DNA from: Bdellovibrionales bacterium RIFOXYD12_FULL_39_22
Lineage (GTDB): Bacteria > Bdellovibrionota > Bacteriovoracia > Bacteriovoracales > Bacteriovoracaceae
Length of the DNA: 57,390 nt
Direction: 5' to 3'
Assembly (NCBI GenBank): GCA_001770205.1
Contig: MEQL01000008.1
Coordinates: 1-57,390, forward strand
The position numbers were made by a program, and so were the translations under genes. Below the pieces are notes generated by a model, which saw nothing but the letters and a program-made list of their open reading frames with translations, ran no database searches and was not told the DNA's origin. Below, in pieces: positions 10,099 through 19,690 of this stretch (the stretch's first letter is position 1; each line of letters starts with the position of its first letter).

Positions 10099-11124
10099 CT
10101 ATTTAATCGCCTCACGAATTTTGGCGCTAGAATAGTCCATAACCCAAACAATAAAGGCAATTACCATAACGATCAATCCCACCTCATGCCACTTGGCCAA
10201 CCCTTGATACTGCATAAGAAGTGTTCCAATTCCCCCTCCACCGACTAAACCTATTACGGTGGCCATGCGCACGTTAATATCCCACTTATAAATTGTGTAG
10301 GATAAAAATGGTAAAATAATTTGAGGAACAACTCCGTACCAGATAACTTGAATAGGGTGAGCACCGGTAGCAATCATCGCCTCCATAGGGCCTTCGTTGA
10401 TAGTCTCAATCTGCTCTGAGTATAATTTTGCCAAGGAAACAACCGAGTGAACACAAAGTGCCAGCATTCCCGCAAAAGGGCCAATTCCTACCCACACAGA
10501 TAAAACGATGGCCCACACTAATGGTTCAATAGAGCGAGTGACATTTAGAACAAAGCGGGTAACAACATAAAGTAAACGCCAAAAAGCATTTGCTTTCATT
10601 AAATTTCTTGCCGCAAAAAAACTTAGTCCAAAAGCAAATGGCAGAGAAAAAACAGTAGCAATAAAGGCCATATAAATGGTCTCGATAGCGGCAAACATCG
10701 TCTCTTCAAAAATAGAAAAATTAGGTGTGGCCAATGCTATAAAAATTTTGCGTGCCCCCTCTAGTCCACTCTCCGACAAAAACTCGTAAACAGAAACTTG
10801 ACTGTAATGCAATCCGGCCACAAAGGTCAAAGCAATCGCTAGTAGCGATAAAAACTTGTAGGGTGCCTTGATAAATGGTTGTCCAAAGGGTGGATTATAG
10901 ATCCCCATAACTCGCTTACCTACCGAAAATCCCTCCCATCCAAAAAAAACAAGGCCCAATACCGCGCCAATCCCTAATGCCAATAATGGTTCATTCCAAG
11001 AAAAATCAGCATAACGAATATCTTGTAACAATTTTTCATAAACCACTTTATAAGTAACTAAAATAGAATAGGCCCCCAGAGCACAATCAATGAGTATCGC
11101 CTTTATTGTCTTAAAATTTATCAC
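10099..11124 (-). CDS. phnE: Phosphonate/phosphite ABC permease
   Basis: ETIYMA, RSIEPLVWA, KLYSEQIE, INVRMATVIGLVGGGGIG; extra N-terminal TM region. Confidence 0.92.
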   Translation of the reverse strand: MINFKTIKAILIDCALGAYSILVTYKVVYEKLLQDIRYADFSWNEPLLALGIGAVLGLVFFGWEGFSVGKRVMGIYNPPFGQPFIKAPYKFLSLLAIALTFVAGLHYSQVSVYEFLSESGLEGARKIFIALATPNFSIFEETMFAAIETIYMAFIATVFSLPFAFGLSFFAARNLMKANAFWRLLYVVTRFVLNVTRSIEPLVWAIVLSVWVGIGPFAGMLALCVHSVVSLAKLYSEQIETINEGPMEAMIATGAHPIQVIWYGVVPQIILPFLSYTIYKWDINVRMATVIGLVGGGGIGTLLMQYQGLAKWHEVGLIVMVIAFIVWVMDYSSAKIREAIK

Positions 11125-11142
11125 CCATCACCTCTTTAAATT

Positions 11143-11907
11143 TTAGTGCACCGAAACTTCTACCGCATCCTCTCCGTAGATAGTTTTAAACCACTCTTCT
11201 GTTATCTGCTCTGGAGTACCGCGAAAAACAATCTCTCCTCCCTTTAGTGCAATAACACGAGTGGCGTATCTTCGCACTAGCGATAAAAAATGGAGATTGC
11301 AGATGACCGTGACGCCCATCTCTTTATTTATTTTTTCTAAATACTGCATAACGGAATTAGAAGTGGCCGGATCAAGACTGGCAACCGGTTCATCGGCCAA
11401 AAGCAATTTGGGCCTTTGCATTAGTGCCCGCGCAATAGAAACTCGCTGCTGTTGGCCCCCTGATAAATTATCAGCCCGCACATCTTCTTTTCCGGCCAGA
11501 TTGACTATCTTTATTTTTTCAATTGCTTCTGTTTGATCCTCTTTCGAAAAGAGGCCCAAAACGGAGCGCATAATTCCCACACGGGCCAAGACACCAGTTA
11601 GCACGTTAACCATAGCACTCTTACGAGGAACTAGATTGAAGTGTTGGAAAATCATACCAATCTGAGAACGTAATTTTCGCAACTCTTTTCCTTTGAGGCC
11701 CGTGACCTCTTGGCCTTCAAAAATTATTTGCCCGCTAGAGGCCGGATGTATTCGATTGATACAACGAAGCAGAGTTGATTTACCAGAACCACTGAGGCCA
11801 ATCACCACTAAAAATTCTCCCTGCGCAACTTCAAAGCTAACATCCTTTAAGGCCTGACAACCGTTGGGATATGTTTTATAGAGCGACTTAACTTCTAAAA
11901 TATTCAT
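11143..11907 (-). CDS. phnC: Phosphonate ABC ATPase
   Basis: GLSGSGKSTLLRCIN, LSGGQQQRV, ADEPVASLDP, NLH. Confidence 0.95.
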   Translation of the reverse strand: MNILEVKSLYKTYPNGCQALKDVSFEVAQGEFLVVIGLSGSGKSTLLRCINRIHPASSGQIIFEGQEVTGLKGKELRKLRSQIGMIFQHFNLVPRKSAMVNVLTGVLARVGIMRSVLGLFSKEDQTEAIEKIKIVNLAGKEDVRADNLSGGQQQRVSIARALMQRPKLLLADEPVASLDPATSNSVMQYLEKINKEMGVTVICNLHFLSLVRRYATRVIALKGGEIVFRGTPEQITEEWFKTIYGEDAVEVSVH

Positions 11908-11927
11908 CTCTTTCTAACCTGCTTAAC

Positions 11928-12854
11928 TTATTTTTTCTCTTTCATTAATTCGATTGGATCAATTTTATTAATCTCAACCATTTTGCGAAGTCCATCATAA
12001 TCACTGTCTGTGGCCTTCGCTACCCCTTCTACACTATAAATATTGGAAAAAATTTTCTTACCCTCTTCCGTTTCAATAAATTTAAAAATTGCGGCAATAA
12101 TTCTTTCACTTAACTCTTCTGGTAAATCTTTTCTAAAAACAAAAGGATCGTTTAAAATATCGTCAGTGATCTGCAATATTTTAATCTTTTCAAAGACGTC
12201 AGGAAACTGCGTAACCACTCTGGCCCGGGCATCACGAGGAACACCATCTGCCCCAGGCGGAGAGTAGAAAGTAGCTCCGGCATCAACTTGTTTTTGGTAG
12301 ACCATGGTAACTACGTTATCATGCTTCATCGCAAAAACAGAATTGGCCAGCTTAATGCTGGCCTCATTTAGAATTTTTAGTGGAAAAAGATATCCGGAAG
12401 TAGAAGACGCATCGGTGAAGGCAAAGTTTTTACCATTCAAATCGGCCAGGCCATTAATCCCACTATCCGTACGTACAATTATTTGCCCCTTGTACACTTT
12501 TTCGCCATAGCGAACGACCGTTAGTCGGGCCTTTGCTCCATACTTTTGATTGGCCAATAAATACCCAAAGGAGTTCATTACGGCCACATCAGCGCGCTTT
12601 GAACCAAAGGCCTCCACTACTGCAATATAACTGGCCGGGACCGCTGTCTTAAAAAAAAGTCCAGTCTCTTTTTCCATAAATTTCATAAATTCTTGAGAAT
12701 TAGAAGTTATGGTCTCTGAATCAACTGAGGGCGTAAAATAAAACTTAACAGGATTATCTTTTGTCCCCAACTCCGCCTCCTTCACACAAGAAGCAAAGAT
12801 CAACATTAATGCTGGAAAAAAAATGACTGCGAACTTACTTTTTATAATTTTCAT
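11928..12854 (-). CDS. phnD: Phosphonate/phosphate ABC substrate-binding lipoprotein
   Basis: STSGY motif, H-D pair (KHDNVV), lipobox FASC; likely start MKIIK at 12854. Confidence 0.9.
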   Translation of the reverse strand: MKIIKSKFAVIFFPALMLIFASCVKEAELGTKDNPVKFYFTPSVDSETITSNSQEFMKFMEKETGLFFKTAVPASYIAVVEAFGSKRADVAVMNSFGYLLANQKYGAKARLTVVRYGEKVYKGQIIVRTDSGINGLADLNGKNFAFTDASSTSGYLFPLKILNEASIKLANSVFAMKHDNVVTMVYQKQVDAGATFYSPPGADGVPRDARARVVTQFPDVFEKIKILQITDDILNDPFVFRKDLPEELSERIIAAIFKFIETEEGKKIFSNIYSVEGVAKATDSDYDGLRKMVEINKIDPIELMKEKK

Positions 12855-12876
12855 AGAACTGATTTCCTTTTTAAAA

Positions 12877-14514
12877 TTATTCGACCTCATCAACATTTAC
12901 TGGAACTACTAGGGTCTGTCCTATACCACCCGATATATCTATAAGATCGTTTGCAAAGGCAGCTGCATTTTCATTTGCTAAAGTATCACCAAACTGAAAT
13001 GGAGCACCTCCATGGTCACAATTTAATGTTGGAGCATATCTTATATTCGAACTATCGGCAGTAAAAATCCCATTCACACTATCAAATGATATAAGTTGCC
13101 TTTGTGCCAATAGTTGCCCCTTCCCAGTTTTATCCTGAACAAAAGCGGCCCCCTGCGGCCCGGCCCAATTACAGTACATTATGTTGATCTCACCTAATGC
13201 CAATTCAGCAGCATCTGGGCCATATCCGTAGTAGGCCTCCCCTTCCAAATTACCCGACACTTCTTCCAAGGAGATATTTAGAGCACGAGTAGCATTATCT
13301 GGCATCCCCGCCTGCCAAGCAAAACGAAATTCTCCCGCACCATTTGAAGGATTTAAATTAAGCAACGCGTAGTTATAATTACCGCCCCAACCGTAGGTAG
13401 ACGCTGCCTTGCTTTCTGTCAAATATGGCACTTGCAAGTAAAGAGCGGGTGCCGTAACTTTTTTGGTAGCATCAACCGTAAAATCGGTAGTGCTAACAAA
13501 AGGATCCGTCTCCTCTCCTGCCCCACAAAAATGTCCACTATTTAATTCTACCCTTAAACTTGTAGCGGCCGTTTTTTCATAAGCAATAGACATTGCCTCC
13601 TTCATTCCCGAAACCTCATTACACCACATCAAGGTGGCCTCGCTGTCAGTGCTTATGGTATAGGAAAATTTCCCACGATAAGTCGAATTATCTTCCGAGG
13701 TGGGAATATGCTTTAGTCGAACAAAAATTGCTTTCCCAGAAGCAGTTCCAACAATAGTTGTCACATAAATCGGATCATCCCCACTATCATTTTCTCGGGC
13801 CACCACCGCAGAAGTAACCACTACTCCCGATTCATTCGCATCAAAAACAGCATTAACTTCCGCCGTTAAATCTATGCTTGCTCCAACTTCTGGCAAGGCA
13901 ATCTCATTAACTCCCGCAATACAAAACATTGAAGCGGTAGTTAGCATCATTGAATCAATTTGCGTGGAAATATTCGTCATTCTCTTATTCAGCTGTGCCG
14001 CCGCACAGGCCTCATTTTTTTCTGCATCTAGCGCGGTCCAAAGTCCAAAATCGCCTGGAGGCAACTCTCCATTCTCGGTACCAGGAGCACTAGTTCCTTC
14101 AATATAATCAGGATGCAACTCATACACAATTGTTGGGCCATAGCAGGAAGCATCATTGGTTCCATAGTTTAAATCCAGTGTAAAATTACAATCAGAAGTA
14201 GATGTTCCCGACAATATATTTTGAAAAACCTCTACTTTTTCTTCATAACTCATATCGGCCGTATCAGTGGCCGAAGGGGCAACTTCTTTTGAAATTACCG
14301 CGCGAATGAACTTCTCCAAAGGCGAAAAAAGTTTACGTGCTTCTGCCGTCGCGGCAGTAGGCGAAGAAATCGCTAAATCCACTGGAAAGCCCACACTGGT
14401 TGTCAAATCATCGTTGACAGGATCATCACCAGTAGAGGCCTTGTCAGAACCACATCCGGACAATAAATTCATTTGCAGGAAAAGAACAAATAGAAATAAA
14501 ACACTAATTTTCAT
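12877..14514 (-). CDS. Cys-rich acidic lipoprotein, unknown function
   Basis: Lipobox LSGC; CYGP, CAAAQLN, CNWAGP segments. Confidence 0.8.
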   Translation of the reverse strand: MKISVLFLFVLFLQMNLLSGCGSDKASTGDDPVNDDLTTSVGFPVDLAISSPTAATAEARKLFSPLEKFIRAVISKEVAPSATDTADMSYEEKVEVFQNILSGTSTSDCNFTLDLNYGTNDASCYGPTIVYELHPDYIEGTSAPGTENGELPPGDFGLWTALDAEKNEACAAAQLNKRMTNISTQIDSMMLTTASMFCIAGVNEIALPEVGASIDLTAEVNAVFDANESGVVVTSAVVARENDSGDDPIYVTTIVGTASGKAIFVRLKHIPTSEDNSTYRGKFSYTISTDSEATLMWCNEVSGMKEAMSIAYEKTAATSLRVELNSGHFCGAGEETDPFVSTTDFTVDATKKVTAPALYLQVPYLTESKAASTYGWGGNYNYALLNLNPSNGAGEFRFAWQAGMPDNATRALNISLEEVSGNLEGEAYYGYGPDAAELALGEINIMYCNWAGPQGAAFVQDKTGKGQLLAQRQLISFDSVNGIFTADSSNIRYAPTLNCDHGGAPFQFGDTLANENAAAFANDLIDISGGIGQTLVVPVNVDEVE

Positions 14515-14544
14515 TACTACACTCCTTGTATTTGTTGCTTAAAA

Positions 14545-15402
14545 CTATAAAATCCTCTCTCCGCCAACATCGCCTTGGGCCAATATCACGCGATGCTGGT
14601 AGGGAATAATTATATTATTTTCCTTAAATGCCGCCAAAATATCCATGTACATCCTATTGCGGCCATCTAAAAAATTTTCCGTCTCTACCCAAAATGAAAA
14701 TTGAATGTCTACATGATCACTGCTTATGCCATTGATCATAAAAAGCGGCCGTTGCTCATCTAGGCAATCTAGGCTATTTTCGGCCACCGTTAACAACACC
14801 GCTTCCACCTTTTTTAAATCTTCATTTTTGCTTATAGGAATTTTAGCATCAATTCTTCTGATGGGGAAATATGTGTTATTAAAAATTTGCGTTTTCATCA
14901 AATTTTCGTTGGGAATCCTGATCAAAATATTATTAAACGTTCTAATACGAGTGGAAAAAAGATCTATGGAAACAACAATACCATCCACATCATAGACTGA
15001 GATATGGTCTCCAACAGAAAAGGGTTTTTCCGCTAACAAAAAAAGTCCACTTATTAAATTAGATGCGGATGTTTGCGAAGCAAATCCTAATGCTACGGTA
15101 AAAACACCGGCCGCCCCCAAAAGAACCTTTAAATCAATTCCAAATTTTCTAAGCCCATAGATCACCACCACCCCATTAAAAAAATATTTAATCCCTTTCC
15201 TGATTAGGATTTGATGCGCCGATAACTTATTTGACTTAATTACGATATCGAATAGTTTCAAGAGTAGGTTTACGACAAGTAGACCAAAAAAAATAATTAA
15301 AAAACCTTCCAGTAAATTTTGATACCTGCCAGAGTCACTCATAAACGCAAGTAGCTCTTTCCAGACAGTGGATATACTCGATAATTTATCTGCTTCCATC
15401 AT
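14545..15402 (-). CDS. mscS: Small-conductance mechanosensitive channel
   Basis: ALGFASQTSASNLISG, KPFSVGD, IPN motifs. Confidence 0.92.
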   Translation of the reverse strand: MMEADKLSSISTVWKELLAFMSDSGRYQNLLEGFLIIFFGLLVVNLLLKLFDIVIKSNKLSAHQILIRKGIKYFFNGVVVIYGLRKFGIDLKVLLGAAGVFTVALGFASQTSASNLISGLFLLAEKPFSVGDHISVYDVDGIVVSIDLFSTRIRTFNNILIRIPNENLMKTQIFNNTYFPIRRIDAKIPISKNEDLKKVEAVLLTVAENSLDCLDEQRPLFMINGISSDHVDIQFSFWVETENFLDGRNRMYMDILAAFKENNIIIPYQHRVILAQGDVGGERIL

Positions 15403-15414
15403 AATTTAATCACC

Positions 15415-16218
15415 CTAGCCAATTATCTGCGCCAAAGTTTTTTCAAAAATTCCTTTTTCATGCTTTTTCTGACTGGCCATTACCAATTGCAGTGGCCCAA
15501 AATCTTCATCTTTAGGCCGCTCAAACCAAACATGGATATCTTTGTTTTCTCGATCCTTTTTTATAGTGACATGATCCGTAACAAAAAAATTGTTTTGATT
15601 TTTGTAAAGATTTAAGTAAGGAATGGCCAATTTAACTCGCTCTAATTTTAGAGGCACTCCTGTATTATTAATTATTTTTATTTTTGTCATAAAACGATAA
15701 TGGTACACCAAGACCTCATTAAATTTTAGCTGCCCTTTGGTCTTAGCGGCATAACAAATTTCTCCTGACGTAGGATCATCTCCAAACCAGGTTCCTTTTA
15801 ATCGTACAATGGGTATAGTAAAAATAGTCTTATTTAAATCGCGACAAGTCGCGTGCAACCATAGGCCAGTTGTCACATATAATGTTGAGACATCATGTTC
15901 TAAAACAAAAAATGGTTTTTCTGGCCTTACAATAACTGAACGATTTGGCATGGCCGGGGCAAAAATTATTTTGTTACAACGATTGCGAATTCCATAACGA
16001 ACACTCTCTCCCTCCTCCGGCATAGGCCCAAGGTAGGGAATCTGAGTTTGCACATCTCGATCTTCGTGATCACTAGAGTACTTATAAAGCAGATCAAACT
16101 CTCGCTCAAGAGAACAGACCCACAACTTCAGAGGGCCAATTTTCCAATGAGCACACCCCGCTCCAGAGAGATCGTACTCTTTCCAAATATCAGCATCACT
16201 AAAAATTATATTTTCCAT
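15415..16218 (-). CDS. Hypothetical protein, DUF432-like
   Basis: P(N)RSVIVRP and TWFG...GEICY pattern; position next to mscS. Confidence 0.6.
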   Translation of the reverse strand: MENIIFSDADIWKEYDLSGAGCAHWKIGPLKLWVCSLEREFDLLYKYSSDHEDRDVQTQIPYLGPMPEEGESVRYGIRNRCNKIIFAPAMPNRSVIVRPEKPFFVLEHDVSTLYVTTGLWLHATCRDLNKTIFTIPIVRLKGTWFGDDPTSGEICYAAKTKGQLKFNEVLVYHYRFMTKIKIINNTGVPLKLERVKLAIPYLNLYKNQNNFFVTDHVTIKKDRENKDIHVWFERPKDEDFGPLQLVMASQKKHEKGIFEKTLAQIIG

Positions 16219-16229
16219 TCTCGCGATAC

Positions 16230-17306
16230 CTAATTTTTATGCCAATATGTGCGCTTTAAATAGATCAGCAGTGAAATCATAGTAGTGATGATTATAAGCC
16301 AGACAATGGGATAACTCCATTTTAAATCCAACTCCGGCATAAATTTAAAATTCATTCCATATACACCAACAATGAAAGTAGGCGGAATAAAAATAGTAGA
16401 AAAAATGGTGAGAAAGGTCATAACCTTATTGGTTCGAAAACCCACATAGCTTGAGTAGATATTTAAAATATCCGACAAGATTTGTCGATAACTGATCACC
16501 GTTTCCGCCAATTGAAAAAGATGGTCATGCACATCTTCAAAATATTTAATATTCTTCTGATCAAGGCCTTCAATTTTCCCTCGCACAATAGTCGAAAGAT
16601 AATCTTTGACTGGTAAGATGGCCTTTTGAATATATAAAAATTCTACTTTTAAACTGTTAATCTCTTCCAGTATATTATCACTAACCTCCCGAGTCACTCT
16701 AGACTGCAGTAGTTCAACACTCCCTCCCAGACGCTCAACAATGTAATAGTAGCTGTCCACTACTGAATCAATCATGGAGTAAAAAAGATAGTCCGCTCCC
16801 ATCTTTCTTATTCTGCCCAAATTTTCATTTATTCGCTTTTTTATGGGATTAAAAACAGCACTCTCACGTTCTATTGCTGATAATACAAAATTTTCTCCTA
16901 AAAAAATGGCCAAATGCTTGGTGCGCAATTCGTTGCTATTTTCTTTGATAAAAGAGAATATTTTGACAATAAAAAAAAGTGCCTGATCCAACTCTTCCAT
17001 CTTAGGATAATGATCAGTATTTAAAACATCTTCCAAGTAAAGATAGTCAATCTTCAAATAACTTTTTATCTCTTCAAAAAGGGCCAAATTATCAAATCCC
17101 TCGATGTGAATCCAATGGACATTTTTAGGCGAAAAATCATTAAAATTGATTTTGGATAGTGAAGATAACTCTTCGACCTGCACGGCCTGTTCAGAATATT
17201 TAGTAAATATAACCTTGGAATTTTTCCCTAACGTTTGATCTAATTTGGCCAAGGCCTCCGGGCCTAGTCTGGCCGAAGCATGCTTGGCCTTAACAAACTT
17301 GGCCAT
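16230..17306 (-). CDS. corA: Magnesium/cobalt transporter CorA
   Basis: GADYL, NKVMTFLT, YGMNF, MPEL motifs; two C-terminal TM helices. Confidence 0.95.
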   Translation of the reverse strand: MAKFVKAKHASARLGPEALAKLDQTLGKNSKVIFTKYSEQAVQVEELSSLSKINFNDFSPKNVHWIHIEGFDNLALFEEIKSYLKIDYLYLEDVLNTDHYPKMEELDQALFFIVKIFSFIKENSNELRTKHLAIFLGENFVLSAIERESAVFNPIKKRINENLGRIRKMGADYLFYSMIDSVVDSYYYIVERLGGSVELLQSRVTREVSDNILEEINSLKVEFLYIQKAILPVKDYLSTIVRGKIEGLDQKNIKYFEDVHDHLFQLAETVISYRQILSDILNIYSSYVGFRTNKVMTFLTIFSTIFIPPTFIVGVYGMNFKFMPELDLKWSYPIVWLIIITTMISLLIYLKRTYWHKN

Positions 17307-17329
17307 GCACTGCTCCTTTCTGCTGTGAT

Positions 17330-17692
17330 CTACACCTGATTTTTAAAACACTCTTTGCAAAGTTCCTGCTCCGGAGCAAGAAATAACTCTCGATTAGCAA
17401 TCTGCTTTCCGCACTTAGCACACGTCCCATAAGAACCATCCTTAATCCTTCCTAGCGCTCGTTCAATTATTTGTAGGCGCTCATCAATGTTATGCAATTT
17501 TTTTCTTATCGTATTTTCATCTCTCAAAGGCCTTGCATAATCACACCAGTCAGGATTGTATTCAGCGTAGGCCTGATCTAACAAGAATTTCTTCTTTTGC
17601 TCCAACACCGACTGTCTTAATTCAATCAATTGCCTTTTACCTCTCTCGCTCTCAACCTCTCTTGACCGAGCATGCTCCACTATTTTATCCAT
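17330..17692 (-). CDS. DksA/TraR C4 zinc-finger protein
   Basis: IERALGRIKDGSYGTCAKC...CKEC; DWCDYA matches the DxxDxA tip motif. Confidence 0.88.
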   Translation of the reverse strand: MDKIVEHARSREVESERGKRQLIELRQSVLEQKKKFLLDQAYAEYNPDWCDYARPLRDENTIRKKLHNIDERLQIIERALGRIKDGSYGTCAKCGKQIANRELFLAPEQELCKECFKNQV

Positions 17693-17886
17693 ATAGTGCT
17701 CCTATTTTGTCTTTTTACTCAATCATAATAATTTACCTAATTATTGCCGTTTATCAAAATTTTTTTTCTGTCATTTACCATCAATCTTGAAAAATAGTTG
17801 AACCCTAGGGATGGTATTTCTCCCAATTATATAATATTATCACTCCAATATTTATAACTTATGCTCAAACGCAAGGAGTCTTATCA

Positions 17887-18123
17887 ATGAAAGGTTTGAT
17901 GATTTTGCTTTTTTTGTTATCATCCATTTCACTATCTTTTTTGACAGTTGCGCAAGAGGAGTTTGATGAAGTTGATTACTCCACTCCTGCGCAAACCGTT
18001 TGTGACAGTAACGGGGAAAATTGTGTACAAGATGCAGCAACTTACGAAACAGATCAGGCAGATCCGGCCGGAATCCCCCCCACCATCAACGTCTATGAAG
18101 ATGGCGACAGCACCGAAGATTAA
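17887..18123 (+). CDS. Small secreted acidic protein
   Basis: AGGAG RBS, signal peptide, Asp/Glu-rich mature part with a Cys pair. Confidence 0.7.
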   Translation: MKGLMILLFLLSSISLSFLTVAQEEFDEVDYSTPAQTVCDSNGENCVQDAATYETDQADPAGIPPTINVYEDGDSTED

Positions 18124-18142
18124 TCATATAATGGATGAATTA

Positions 18143-18862
18143 TCACACTCCCGATAATTCTCGAATAACCACCGAGGCGGCGAACGCTCCAAACATTGGT
18201 GGCATGTAGGAAATCGTCCCTACGGTTGTTTTCTTATTACTTAATCCTTCTGTCTTAATAAATTTACTCTTATCTACCTCTTCCGCAGAAAAAATAGTAA
18301 GCACTCCCGAATCAATCTTTTGCTGTCGCAACATTTTGCGAACCTTCTGGGCCAGAGGACAGCGGTAGGTTTTAGAAATATCCACCACCTCAATTTTAGA
18401 GGGATCAAACTTACCTCCCGCCCCCATAGAACTAATTAATTTTATTCCTCGCTTCAAACATCCAGTGATCAATTGAACTTTAGGGGTAAGTGTGTCAATG
18501 GCATCAACAACATAATCATAGTGCCTCTCATCTAAAAGTTTATCCACCTCCTCATCTAGCAAATAGATTTTTTTGGCCATTATATCCAATTCTGGATTAA
18601 TATCCTTTAAGCGTTTGGCCAGAACCTCCACTTTGGCCTCTCCCGTGGTAGATTCTAGTGCAATTATCTGTCGATTCCGATTATCAATACTCACCACATC
18701 ACTGTCTACGATAGTAATGGTCCCAATTCCAGCGCGACAGATAAATTCCGCGGCCATTCCACCAACACCACCTACCCCCACAATAAGAACACTCTTATGC
18801 CTCAACGCCTGATAGCTCTCTTCGCCCAACAATATGGCCGTACGATCATACCACCTCACCAT
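18143..18862 (-). CDS. tcdA: tRNA threonylcarbamoyladenosine dehydratase (ThiF family)
   Basis: GVGGVG, NRQ, DAID, SSMGAG, CPLA, GTISYMP. Confidence 0.88.
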   Translation of the reverse strand: MVRWYDRTAILLGEESYQALRHKSVLIVGVGGVGGMAAEFICRAGIGTITIVDSDVVSIDNRNRQIIALESTTGEAKVEVLAKRLKDINPELDIMAKKIYLLDEEVDKLLDERHYDYVVDAIDTLTPKVQLITGCLKRGIKLISSMGAGGKFDPSKIEVVDISKTYRCPLAQKVRKMLRQQKIDSGVLTIFSAEEVDKSKFIKTEGLSNKKTTVGTISYMPPMFGAFAASVVIRELSGV

Positions 18863-19602
18863 ATTATTTTCTCCTTTTTCCCTTTCTCTTCCATCTGAGC
18901 GCCAAAAACTCGTTTAAAATTAGAAAAAATGACCTCTTGCAACTCGTTTACAGAGATGGCCAAAATGGCCGCCGCTTGCCGATAAATCGCCTCAATGGAG
19001 TAACTTTCTTGCTCATCACTTTCCAAAAAAAGATAATCTAATGGCATGGCCGATAATGTTCGAGAGGCCGGCATGGCCAAATTAAAAAGGGATGCTCCAA
19101 AAGATAGGTAAATACCGGCCCGCCATAACTTCTCTCCCTCTTCAGCACTGGAATTAAATCCATGAATAATCCAAGCAGGTACCTCCGCAAAATTTCTTTT
19201 GTAGTATAAAATATCGGATAGTGCCCGCACCGCATGAATAATCACTGGCCGTTTATGCGCAATACTTAGCCTAAGTTGTTGCACAAAAATCTGTTTTTGC
19301 GTATCAACACTATGCTGATGTCGCTTTTGTCTATCTATTCCAATCTCTCCAATCGCCCAAATATGCCGCTGCTCCATAGCGCAGGCCACCTTATCTATCG
19401 CCTGTTCCACCTGATTATCTTTGGCCAATCTTGCTACTTCCCACGGATGTATTCCCAGCGAATAGCGATCCTGGCCTTCTTGCCCCAAATTATATTCCCC
19501 TTCCAACTTTAAATTAACCAAACGAAAAGTACTCATATCCGTCGGAAGGCCCGGATGATGAGAGTGAATGTTTATAAAGGCCGTAGGCCCAATTGCTTCC
19601 AT
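18856..19602 (-). CDS. TatD family hydrolase
   Basis: HSH, GIHPW, IGEIGID, IIH, HGF, LESD. Confidence 0.88.
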   Translation of the reverse strand: MEAIGPTAFINIHSHHPGLPTDMSTFRLVNLKLEGEYNLGQEGQDRYSLGIHPWEVARLAKDNQVEQAIDKVACAMEQRHIWAIGEIGIDRQKRHQHSVDTQKQIFVQQLRLSIAHKRPVIIHAVRALSDILYYKRNFAEVPAWIIHGFNSSAEEGEKLWRAGIYLSFGASLFNLAMPASRTLSAMPLDYLFLESDEQESYSIEAIYRQAAAILAISVNELQEVIFSNFKRVFGAQMEEKGKKEKIIW

Positions 19603-19690
19603 ATTGAGTTACTACTCTACCTTTGATCTAAAAAAATGTAGACCTATTTTTTATGTTTTGTTTTTACCAAATTTAATATACAAAATAGTA

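Noticed and set aside
19568..19690. N-terminal extension of the ATP-grasp ORF overlapping tatD
   Set aside because: The domain begins at MKIAF (19691), matching the start of the second repeat; the extension spans the divergent promoter.
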